DNA from: an uncultured Bdellovibrionales bacterium
Lineage (GTDB): Bacteria; Patescibacteriota; Minisyncoccia; Moranbacterales; UBA2206
Length of the DNA: 38,180 bases
Assembly (NCBI GenBank): GCA_964630615.1
Contig: CAZVVG010000003.1
Coordinates: 1 to 38,180, forward strand
Reading direction: 5' to 3'
Shown here: positions 22,628 through 31,100 of the stretch, in pieces
Numbering within the stretch: position 1 is the first letter of the stretch
Layout: every line of letters starts with the position of its first letter
Position numbers and translations under genes: made by a program
Notes under the pieces: generated by a model
Told to the model about the DNA's origin: nothing
The model's database searches: none
The model's input: the letters and a program-made list of their open reading frames with translations, nothing else

Positions 22628-25036
22628 TTATTTTCTTAAAAAAGTAACCCCAATAAATTTATCAGTTTTTACTCTTTCTTGCAATTTTAGAGTGTTTTCC
22701 GGAACACTTTGTTCTATTTCATTGGGATATCTCCAAATCAGAGAAAAACTATCCGGATAAATTATTTTCCAGAAAAAATTTTCTTCAGAGCTTCCGGCTT
22801 GTTTTTGAAAAAGCAAAGAATAAGACTGGGGGGACTGAGAGAGAAGATTGAGATTAATCTTAAAAGGGAGAAGATAGGTATATTTAAGAGTGGTTGTTTC
22901 TTGGGGACTAACATAAACCCAATTAGCAAAAACTGTTTTATTCGCGTCTTCATAAATTCGCGTTCCGCTTTCCTCATCAATTTTCATAAAATCCTCTTCC
23001 TGGCGAATCTGAGAGTCGTTTTTGAAGCCCAGAAGCTTATAATCCAAGGGAGAAGAATTAAATTCTCTTGTTTGTCCCTCCACGGAAATTAAGGAAGATC
23101 CGCGGGGCACATAAACACGCAGATAATCTGAATTTACTTTGTTCCACCAATCATACTCACTGTTTCCGCCTTTATGCTGGCGGGTAATGGTGACGGTATT
23201 TTGCAACGAACCATCGGCTTGAATTTCCGTCTGGTGCTCAATCGTTTGCTCAATTACTCCATCGGTTTTATAACCATTAATGTTGGAATTTATGACACTT
23301 AGGTAGTCCTTGTCCGTGTCCAGAATTTCTCCGGACCAACCCATAGCAGAAATTTTTTTCTCGATTTCGTGATTTCTTGAATAAACTAGAATTTGTCTTT
23401 CTTTTAAGCTTTCATTAAGAACCTCAATAAGTTTATTTATCTGAGTCAAACTGTGATCGTTAAAAAGACGGTCTAGGATCTGGGGCGCCAAATCTGCCAA
23501 GATTTTTTTTGGTTGATTAAGTTCCTTATCGTAGTCAATCTCAACTTCTTGCTGGATTTTTTCAATAAAATTATCCTTATCGATGGTTACTTCGTATTCA
23601 GGCATTTCAATGGGTCCAGTAATTTCTAAGAGTTTTTGCATTATGGAGGGTGTCATGGTGATGACTCCGTCAACTGTTGGCCCTCCGGTTTTTTCATAGA
23701 ACCAAATAGCTTTTTCCGCAGAAACCGGAAAATCAGGAAACCAGTTGCTGTCATGCAGACTCCAGGCAGCGCTTATTTTTTGCAAGGGAGCGGGTGGAAT
23801 AATCTTTTCTTTTAATTGTCCGTCGGGATTAAAAATTCCGTCAATAAAGAACTTTCTGACCCTTCCGTTGAAAATATCCAAGATGCCGTAAGAACCAATG
23901 AATCCTCCGGTCGCTCGCATCTCCTGGTTATTTTGAAAAAGAAAGAGATATTTTCTTGGTCCGTTCCCGCCTAAAATTTCATAAAAGATATCCCCGTTGT
24001 TTTTCAGACTAGAAGCCAAAACCAAAGCCTCAGGCAATTTTTCCCTTAACTCTAAAAACTTTTTCTGATAATTTTCAGGCAGGTCTTTGAGATTAACTTT
24101 TTCTAGGTTCTTTTGGGCGCTTTCCAGCAACTTGACAACTTGTTCTGATTTTTCCTGAGAAGCTCTTAAGATCTCTAAAAAGGAGTCAGGATTTTGTTTT
24201 TCAGAAAAAGATCCATCTGGCTGGCTAGTACTTTCAATTAAGCTAAGCGCGATTATTCCTGCCTGGGAAATATCTTCTCCGGCCTGAGCCAAATGGGATC
24301 CGGTAGAAATTTTTGAAAAATAGGGAAGGAAACGGGTGGCTTGAGTCAAGGAACCTCCGAGTTCCTCAATTTCCTTGGAAATCTTATTAAATTCCAAATA
24401 AGCTTCCTGAAAATCCGAAGACGCTTGGGTAAGGTTTTTATTTTCAAGATTATCTTTAGCTTGAACTAGGCTTAGAAAAGCTCTTTCCCCTTTCTGACTT
24501 ACGGAATTCTTGGAGAGAGAAGCCTTTTGATAAAAATTAAAACCATAAAAAGAAAGAAGAAAAGCTAAAGGGATTCCAGCCAGAGAAAGGGCAATTTTTT
24601 TATAATTTATACTCGCCAAGACTTCTCTAAATTTTTTTTGTAAATCAGAAAAAAATTTTCTCCTAAAACTTTTTTGGGAGGAAGATGGAATTTTAATTTT
24701 ATCTTTTTTAGGAACTTTCTTAGTAAGGGATTTGGTAGTTAGGGGTAATTTCTTGAAGGGTTGGAGTGTAAATTTTTTTTGGTTTTCGAAAATTGGATAG
24801 GCGGGCTGATTTTTCGGTTGAGAAAAATTTATTTTCGGCTGGGAAAATTTTATTAAAGGAACTGGTTGTTTTGATTCTTCATAGCGAAAAGTTATTTTTC
24901 GTTTTGCTAATTTTGGTTTTTCCGCCAATTCTTTCTTAAGCAAAAGTTTTATTCTTCTGGTGTCTAAATTACCGTTCTTATCAACAGGTCGAACATCTAG
25001 CATTAAGGGGAGAATATTATTTTTTTTGAAAGCCAT
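22628..25036 (-). CDS. DUF4012-like membrane-anchored envelope protein, paralog 2 (long form)
   Basis: 802 aa. Basic, repeat-containing N-terminus (FSQPKINFSQPKNQP), a TM helix, and the YLFLFQNNQEMRATGGFIGSYGILDIFNGRV block shared with paralog 1. Confidence 0.75.
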   Translation of the reverse strand: MAFKKNNILPLMLDVRPVDKNGNLDTRRIKLLLKKELAEKPKLAKRKITFRYEESKQPVPLIKFSQPKINFSQPKNQPAYPIFENQKKFTLQPFKKLPLTTKSLTKKVPKKDKIKIPSSSQKSFRRKFFSDLQKKFREVLASINYKKIALSLAGIPLAFLLSFYGFNFYQKASLSKNSVSQKGERAFLSLVQAKDNLENKNLTQASSDFQEAYLEFNKISKEIEELGGSLTQATRFLPYFSKISTGSHLAQAGEDISQAGIIALSLIESTSQPDGSFSEKQNPDSFLEILRASQEKSEQVVKLLESAQKNLEKVNLKDLPENYQKKFLELREKLPEALVLASSLKNNGDIFYEILGGNGPRKYLFLFQNNQEMRATGGFIGSYGILDIFNGRVRKFFIDGIFNPDGQLKEKIIPPAPLQKISAAWSLHDSNWFPDFPVSAEKAIWFYEKTGGPTVDGVITMTPSIMQKLLEITGPIEMPEYEVTIDKDNFIEKIQQEVEIDYDKELNQPKKILADLAPQILDRLFNDHSLTQINKLIEVLNESLKERQILVYSRNHEIEKKISAMGWSGEILDTDKDYLSVINSNINGYKTDGVIEQTIEHQTEIQADGSLQNTVTITRQHKGGNSEYDWWNKVNSDYLRVYVPRGSSLISVEGQTREFNSSPLDYKLLGFKNDSQIRQEEDFMKIDEESGTRIYEDANKTVFANWVYVSPQETTTLKYTYLLPFKINLNLLSQSPQSYSLLFQKQAGSSEENFFWKIIYPDSFSLIWRYPNEIEQSVPENTLKLQERVKTDKFIGVTFLRK

Positions 25037-26159
25037 ATTTTTGGTATAAAGAAAGGGTTTTTTCGGCCATTACCTTCCAGCTATATTTTTTTATTTGTTC
25101 CAAGCCTCGAGCAATTAAAGTTTTTTTGAGATTTTCATCTTGCAAGAGAAGGTGTAATTTTTCCGCCATATCTTCTTTTTTTTGAGCGTCAAAATATAAA
25201 ACACTGTTTTCCAAAATTTCCTTCATACAGGGATGATTAGAAGAAGCTACGGGAACGCCTTGAGCCATTGCTTCCAGTGGCGGCAAGCCAAAACCTTCAT
25301 AAAGAGAGGGAAAAACATAAATCTGGGCGTGTCGGTAAATTTCCTCAAGCTCAAAATCAGGAACAAAGCCGGTAAAGATAATTTTCTCGTTCGTCTTCTG
25401 TTTTTTAGTTTTTTCTTTTAATTTTTTAAAAAAATAATCTTCTTTTCCGATTAAGACCAAGTTTAGATTACCCACCCTTTTTCTTAGAAGTTGAAAAGCT
25501 AAAATAAGCTTCTCTAGATTTTTGTGAGGATAAGCGTTCCCCACGTAAAGAAGATACGGTTTAATTATACCATATTTTTCCAAAACCTGGACAGATCTAT
25601 TTTTATCCGATTTAGATTTTAGTCGTGGTTCGCAAGCCTCATAGGTAATCGCTATTTTTTCAGCAGAAAGCGAATAATTTCGCAGCAGATCTTTTTTTGT
25701 GAATCTGGAAACGGTTATTATTTTTTTCGCTCTTTTAATTGCAGAATTAATCACGAAGCGGTAAGCTAAAAATTTTAATCGGTAAAAAAGTGGGTTGAGA
25801 GTCGTTCTCCGGAGAGTGGGAAAACTAATAAGAATAAGATCATGAATGGTAACGATAAAATTTTTCCGATAGAGAAGAGGGACATTGAAGTGAGGAAAGT
25901 GAACCAGATCTAGCCGATATTGGTTCAAAATTAAAGGTAAGCTTATTTGCTCTTTTAGGGTATACCAACGACAATTAACTATAATTTTGTGAAAATTTTG
26001 AGAAACAATTTCGCATTCTTGGAAATTTTCTTTCAAGAGAAAAATAAAATATTGATTTTTCTTATCAATTTCTTGGAGATTTTTTATAAGTTTTTCCGTA
26101 TAACGACCCAGCCCTTTTCCTAAACTACCATAAAAACGGGCGTCAATCCCGATACGCAT
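25017..26159 (-). CDS. GT4-family glycosyltransferase
   Basis: 380 aa. MRIGIDARF start and PSLYEGFGLPPLEAMAQGVPV (EX7E). Overlaps the next gene by 20 nt. Confidence 0.9.
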   Translation of the reverse strand: MRIGIDARFYGSLGKGLGRYTEKLIKNLQEIDKKNQYFIFLLKENFQECEIVSQNFHKIIVNCRWYTLKEQISLPLILNQYRLDLVHFPHFNVPLLYRKNFIVTIHDLILISFPTLRRTTLNPLFYRLKFLAYRFVINSAIKRAKKIITVSRFTKKDLLRNYSLSAEKIAITYEACEPRLKSKSDKNRSVQVLEKYGIIKPYLLYVGNAYPHKNLEKLILAFQLLRKRVGNLNLVLIGKEDYFFKKLKEKTKKQKTNEKIIFTGFVPDFELEEIYRHAQIYVFPSLYEGFGLPPLEAMAQGVPVASSNHPCMKEILENSVLYFDAQKKEDMAEKLHLLLQDENLKKTLIARGLEQIKKYSWKVMAEKTLSLYQKYGFQKK

Positions 26160-26168
26160 AATAGCTTA

Positions 26169-26177
26169 ATTATAACA
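26169..26177 (-). promoter_or_regulatory. Extended -10 element (TGTTATAAT) 9 nt upstream of an SD-less ATG
   Basis: Minus strand reads tgt tataat ttaagctat ATG (26159). There is no convincing -35. It could be chance in AT-rich DNA. Confidence 0.3.
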
Positions 26178-26224
26178 CCAAAAAAGAGGAAAAACGAATA
26201 AAAAGATAAGTCAGTTTTTTATTC

Positions 26225-27391
26225 TTAACTCCAGCTTTTAAGGATTTGGAGAAACTCTCTAGCCGTCTTTTTCCAGCTTAAATTTTTTGTATTCTCCCTT
26301 CCTTCTCTTCCTAATTTCTCGGCTAAATCTTTGTTTAAAATAAGCTCCCTTAGGGATTGAAAAATTTCCTCTGGTCTTTCCGGATCAATTAAGAGGGCTC
26401 CTTTGCCGGCGACTTCCGGAAAAACGGAATGATGGGAAATTATCGTGGGAATTTGGCAACGCATGGCTTCCAGAGGAGGAAAACCAAAACCTTCAAAAAA
26501 AGAAGGGTAAACAAAGATAGAAGAGAGATTGTAAAAATATTCTTTGTCCCGGTCTTCAATGAAAACTATCCGCTTGATTTCCTCTCGAAAAGGAGATTTT
26601 TTTATTTCATTGTTAATTTTCTTCATTAACCAACCAGATTGTCCGGCCAAGATTAAATTCCACTTTTTTATTTCTTCTTGATTTTCTTGATTCGCCCAAT
26701 CCTTAAGCTGATTATAAGCCCGAATGAGAGCAATTATATTTTTTCTCGGCTCTAAAGTTCCTAAATATAGAATGAATCTATAGGGTAGCTTATATTTTTC
26801 TTTTACCTTCAATAAGCGTTCGTCATTGCGGTCCAGAGGCCTGAATCTCTCTCCCAGCCCGCTCCAAATCAAGGAAATTTTAGCCGGATTTACCCGATAA
26901 AGTGAAACTAAGTCTTTTTTGGTTGATTCTGAGACAGCTATTATTTTATCGGCTCGAAAGCAAAGCCGTCTGGGATTAACAAAGAAATGCCATAATCTTC
27001 TTTTCCGGGAAAAGGTTTCCGGATATCTTTCAAAAGAAAGATCATGAAAAGTCAACACTAACCTAGTTTTTTTACTAAAAGAAGAGAAGGTTATATTGGG
27101 CATGAAAAAAACATCAATTTTTCCTAAGAGTTGGTCAATTTTCGGCCAATCAAAATACCAAAAAAATAAGTTTAAAATTTTGTTGGGAAAGAAAAAACGT
27201 CTGAGCCTGACATTGGGAAATTCCTTGAGCCAGGAAAAATTAGCCAAGGAAGGTTTAAAAGAATTAAAAAAAAGGAGGTATTCATTTCGGGAATCGAGCC
27301 GAAAAACCTCCCTGAGAAGATTAATAGTGTACTCCTCTACCCCTGTCCTCCTTCCTTCCGTTAAGCACCTAACATCAATTCCAATTTTCAT
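26225..27391 (-). CDS. GT4-family glycosyltransferase
   Basis: 388 aa. MKIGIDVRCL start and PSFFEGFGFPPLEAMRCQIP (EX7E). Confidence 0.9.
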   Translation of the reverse strand: MKIGIDVRCLTEGRRTGVEEYTINLLREVFRLDSRNEYLLFFNSFKPSLANFSWLKEFPNVRLRRFFFPNKILNLFFWYFDWPKIDQLLGKIDVFFMPNITFSSFSKKTRLVLTFHDLSFERYPETFSRKRRLWHFFVNPRRLCFRADKIIAVSESTKKDLVSLYRVNPAKISLIWSGLGERFRPLDRNDERLLKVKEKYKLPYRFILYLGTLEPRKNIIALIRAYNQLKDWANQENQEEIKKWNLILAGQSGWLMKKINNEIKKSPFREEIKRIVFIEDRDKEYFYNLSSIFVYPSFFEGFGFPPLEAMRCQIPTIISHHSVFPEVAGKGALLIDPERPEEIFQSLRELILNKDLAEKLGREGRENTKNLSWKKTAREFLQILKSWS

Positions 27392-27395
27392 TTTT

Positions 27396-28001
27396 TTACT
27401 TAAGGTAATGTCTGATTAGGACGGTCCAAAATCCGAGAAAAATTCCAACTAAGAAAGAGAAGAATAAAAGTTTTAAGGGATTAATTTGCGCAAGGACGAT
27501 AATGGGGTCAAAAGCTTGGATTTGAAACCAGGTTTCCTCTTGTTGGTCCTTATTCAAAGATTCAGTTTTTTCAGAAATTATTTCCAGAATGGAAGCAGAA
27601 ATTTTTTTGGCGGTTTCCGGTTCTGAGGCGGAGAATTTAACTGAAATAACTTGAGGAGAAAGCTTTTCGGCCTTTATCATCCCTGATATTTGTCGGAGAC
27701 TAGGGTTTCTTAAATCTTTTCCCGCGTGCGACCAAATATCGCTTATGACCCGAGGACTCTTTAACCATTGAACTAGCGTTTCGGAAAATTTTTCATCGGC
27801 CTGAAGACGGTAAAAATCATCAAAGCGATAATCCTGAGAAGCCTGAGAACCTTTCCGCGTTACGTTTAATATCAAGGAAGTCTCATAAACTACGGGTTTT
27901 AGATAAAAATAAGCGAAACTAACCAGGATTATTCCTCCGACTATCTCCCAAAAAAGTCTTTTTTGGGCCTTAAGTAGGTTTAGATATTCTTTAATTTCCA
28001 T
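27396..28001 (-). CDS. Wzz/polysaccharide co-polymerase-like protein, paralog 2 (short)
   Basis: 201 aa. N-terminal TM helix followed by PVVYETSLILNV, and a C-terminal TM helix (LLFFSFLVGIFLGFWTVLI). Confidence 0.65.
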   Translation of the reverse strand: MEIKEYLNLLKAQKRLFWEIVGGIILVSFAYFYLKPVVYETSLILNVTRKGSQASQDYRFDDFYRLQADEKFSETLVQWLKSPRVISDIWSHAGKDLRNPSLRQISGMIKAEKLSPQVISVKFSASEPETAKKISASILEIISEKTESLNKDQQEETWFQIQAFDPIIVLAQINPLKLLFFSFLVGIFLGFWTVLIRHYLK

Positions 28002-29115
28002 GAAAATTGGAGTTAATTCTTAAGTGGTGTTTTTCTAACTCTTGACCAAGATATCTCATTATTTTAGCTTTAAAAACTTCCCTGTCAAATTTTTTTGATT
28101 CCTCCCGGATCTTTAAGGGGTTAAATTTAAGATTTTTAAACCTTTTTACCGCCTCAACAAGATCCTGACTGGTTTGTTTTTCAAAAAATATTCCCGTTAA
28201 ATTTTCTTTTAAGTGTTCCGGAATATCTCCTCCCCGGTAAGCAATGAGGGGTTTTCCGGACGCCATGGCTTCCATGGCTACTATTCCAAAATCTTCTTCC
28301 TGGGGAAAAATGAAAGCTTGGCAGCGGGCATAATAGTCAGCTAATTTATTATCGTCAACGCGTCCAAGAAATTCTACGTTGGCTTTCGCTATTTTTTTGA
28401 GCTTTTTGAGTTCCGGACCTCTTCCAATTATTTTCAACTTCAAACCTAGCTGATTAAAAGCCTCAATCGCAATATCATATCTTTTATAGGCTAAAAGCCT
28501 TCCGACCATTAAAAAATAATCATCCTTTTTTGAGCTAACATAAAATTTTTCTGTATTAACTGGAGGATGAATAACAATGCAGTCTTTATGGTAATATTTT
28601 TTGATTCTGCGCGAAACAAAGTTAGAATTCGCGATTATGTGATCCACCCGTTCAATACTGATGCGGTCCCAAATCCGAATATAATTCATGGCCAACGGAA
28701 CCAATTTTTTTATGAAAACGGGAAAATAAAAATCACTAGTGTATTTTTGGCAATCATCCCAAGCGTAACGCATGGGGGTATGGATATAAGAGAGATGCAA
28801 AGTTTTCGGACCAGTGATGATGCCCTTGGCATAACTGGAAGAATCAGAAAGAACAATATCGTATTTAGAAAAATCAAACTGTTCAATTGCCATCGGCATC
28901 AACTGAGGAAAAATCCGATGTTTTTTTCTAGCCCAGGGAATTTTTTGAATAAAAGAAGTGCGAATATCTTTCCCTTGAAAAATACCATGCATGGATTCTT
29001 TGTCGTAAATCAGGGTGTAAATCGGAGCGTAAGGAAAAAGTTCAGTAAAACATTCCAAAACTCTTTCCGCTCCCCCATATTGAACTAAATAATCGTGAAC
29101 CAGGGCAATCTTCAT
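27991..29115 (-). CDS. GT4-family glycosyltransferase
   Basis: 374 aa. MKIALVHDYLVQYGGAERV start and PQEEDFGIVAMEAMASGKP (EX7E). Confidence 0.9.
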   Translation of the reverse strand: MKIALVHDYLVQYGGAERVLECFTELFPYAPIYTLIYDKESMHGIFQGKDIRTSFIQKIPWARKKHRIFPQLMPMAIEQFDFSKYDIVLSDSSSYAKGIITGPKTLHLSYIHTPMRYAWDDCQKYTSDFYFPVFIKKLVPLAMNYIRIWDRISIERVDHIIANSNFVSRRIKKYYHKDCIVIHPPVNTEKFYVSSKKDDYFLMVGRLLAYKRYDIAIEAFNQLGLKLKIIGRGPELKKLKKIAKANVEFLGRVDDNKLADYYARCQAFIFPQEEDFGIVAMEAMASGKPLIAYRGGDIPEHLKENLTGIFFEKQTSQDLVEAVKRFKNLKFNPLKIREESKKFDREVFKAKIMRYLGQELEKHHLRINSNFHGN

Positions 29116-29144
29116 TATTTTCTTGCGATTTAACTTTATAAAAA

Positions 29145-30566
29145 TCAGCCATTCCTTCTTTTCTTAAACAAGACCCCGATAGTCTTAAAACAAATTTGGA
29201 TATCCAACCACAAAGACCAATTTTCAATGTAATAGAGATCCAGCTTGTATTCTCTTTCAAAATCCAGATCGGAACGGCCGGAAATTTGAGCCATACCGGT
29301 TACTCCCGGTTTGATGGTTAAAAGTCTTCGGTGGTATTCCATGTACTTTTCCACCTCCCTTTCTTGGTGAGGACGAGGTCCGACAAGGCTCATGCTTCCA
29401 CTGAGAACATTAAAAAATTGAGGAAGTTCGTCAATTGAAAGTTTCTCAATTAAGCTACCTACGTAAGTTTTTCGGGGATCATTCTTTATTTTATAAAGGG
29501 GTCCCTGGCGAACACTTTGTTTTTTTATTAATTCTTTCTCAAAATTTATAGCCTCTTTAAAGTTTGGGTTATTTTTTGTTATGCAGTACTCCCATTTAAG
29601 GTAGCGAAACTTGTAAACAAAAAACTTTTTTCCGTCACTTCCAACTCTTTCATTTTTATAAATTATGGGTCCTTTTCCGCGGCTTTCTAAATAAATAGCC
29701 AGGGCGGTTAAAAGCATTAGAGGGGAAGTTAAAATAATTCCGATTAAAGAAGCTAAAATATCAAAAATTCGCTTAAGAATTTTTCCCCAACCATCCAAGG
29801 GAGTATGTTGAATCTCAATCAGGGGTTCATCTCCCAAAACACTCATTTTAATGTTGCTCGTTTGAAAGGTAGTGGCGATGCTTTTATAAACGATATTATT
29901 AATAGCGCAATAGTCAATAAGCTTTTCCTGCTCGTCATCCGTAATAGAGGGTTCGCACAAAATAATCTCGTCAATTCCTTTATTTTTCCGAATTTCTTTT
30001 ATTAATCTCAAGTGGGGAGATTCAATTTGATCCACAACCTGATAACCCAGTTTTTTATTCTTTTGAATCAATCTTCTAATAGCGTCTAATTTTCCATTCC
30101 TTCCGATTAGTAAGACTCGGTGAACACCTATTCCCCGACTGATCAAGAGATGTTTCTGGAAAAATTGCAGCCAGTAGCGGGCAAAGATGACATAGAAAGT
30201 CCCAATTCCCCAAGCGGCTAAAATAATAAAACGCGAAGAAAACCATTCGCGCTTCAAAAAGATGGCCACAATAATAATTAGGAGACCAATGGAATTAGCG
30301 GAAAAAACCTTCATCGCCTCTTTCCAAAACTTTTTGGTGACTTTAATGCTATAAAGACCTTCTAAAGCGTAAATTAGAATAAAAAGAGGAGCGGTAAGCA
30401 GGACAATTTTTAGATAATCTTCAAAAGGAAAATTATAAAGCTTGGGTTTTAAAATCAAAATTTGCGGTAAATTTCTAATAGAAAAAGCAGAAATGGCCGC
30501 CAACACAATCATAATAAAGTCTACTGGAACTTGCAGGGCGCTAAAAAATAACTCTGATTTTTTCAT
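29145..30566 (-). CDS. Polyprenyl-phosphate sugar-phosphate transferase (WbaP/WcaJ-type priming enzyme)
   Basis: 473 aa. N-terminal TM bundle, and a C-terminal bacterial sugar transferase domain (KRIFDILASLIG...DELPQFFNVLSGSMSLVGPRP). Confidence 0.9.
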   Translation of the reverse strand: MKKSELFFSALQVPVDFIMIVLAAISAFSIRNLPQILILKPKLYNFPFEDYLKIVLLTAPLFILIYALEGLYSIKVTKKFWKEAMKVFSANSIGLLIIIVAIFLKREWFSSRFIILAAWGIGTFYVIFARYWLQFFQKHLLISRGIGVHRVLLIGRNGKLDAIRRLIQKNKKLGYQVVDQIESPHLRLIKEIRKNKGIDEIILCEPSITDDEQEKLIDYCAINNIVYKSIATTFQTSNIKMSVLGDEPLIEIQHTPLDGWGKILKRIFDILASLIGIILTSPLMLLTALAIYLESRGKGPIIYKNERVGSDGKKFFVYKFRYLKWEYCITKNNPNFKEAINFEKELIKKQSVRQGPLYKIKNDPRKTYVGSLIEKLSIDELPQFFNVLSGSMSLVGPRPHQEREVEKYMEYHRRLLTIKPGVTGMAQISGRSDLDFEREYKLDLYYIENWSLWLDIQICFKTIGVLFKKRRNG

Positions 30567-30605
30567 TGTAAATTCAAAACTTTTTTAATCTCCAGTCCAA
30601 AATTT

Positions 30606-30980
30606 ATTAAAGTAAATCTGTAAGCCGGATTCTGTGTCCCGTTTAGACGGGCTGACAATTATTTATCTGGGATTTCGATTACTCGAAATCTCTGGCGGCA
30701 CTTCCTGTCCTTACTAGTATAGGGCAGGACACGACCTTGCATTCAGGTAAGGATTTAGCCGTTTCATTTCCGATGTTTCCGTCGGAACTCATCCTGGCCA
30801 AAAAAGCCAGGATGCCCCGCGATTTTCATCTGGGGGCGTCTCTGTTCGCACCTCTTGGATTGCTCCAGACGGGCGTTACCCGCTACCCTTATCCTAAAAT
30901 AGGATTGAATGTCCGGACTTTCCTCCCCTTTGGCCTAAATTTTCTTTAGAAAAAGGAGCAATTGTCCGATTTACTTTAAT
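30606..30980 (-). ncRNA. rnpB: RNase P RNA, bacterial type A
   Basis: The minus strand contains GGGAGGAAAGUCCGGAC (P4 5' strand), GGUAACGCC, AGAUAAAUAAUUGUC and ACAGAAUCCGGCUUACAG (P4 3' strand). A perfect 13-bp P1 helix forms between 30980-30968 and 30618-30606. Confidence 0.92.
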
Positions 30981-31027
30981 AAATCTCAGACTCGATTTGT
31001 TAAATAACGAAGAAAAAGACACCTCTA

Positions 31028-31056
31028 ATCATAATTAAAAAAAGCCGGGCTGTCAA
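31028..31056 (-). promoter_or_regulatory. sigma70-type promoter upstream of rnpB
   Basis: Minus strand reads TTGACA (31056-31051), 17-nt spacer, TATGAT (31033-31028), about 40 nt before the P1 helix. Confidence 0.55.
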
Positions 31057-31100
31057 TAGAAAAGCCTGATTTATCTTTATTCTAAGCCTTTTATTTGTAG

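Noticed and set aside
30737-30949. 70-aa plus-strand ORF in the only GC-rich intergenic patch
   Set aside because: It lies entirely inside, and antisense to, the RNase P RNA. The GC richness is explained by RNA helices.
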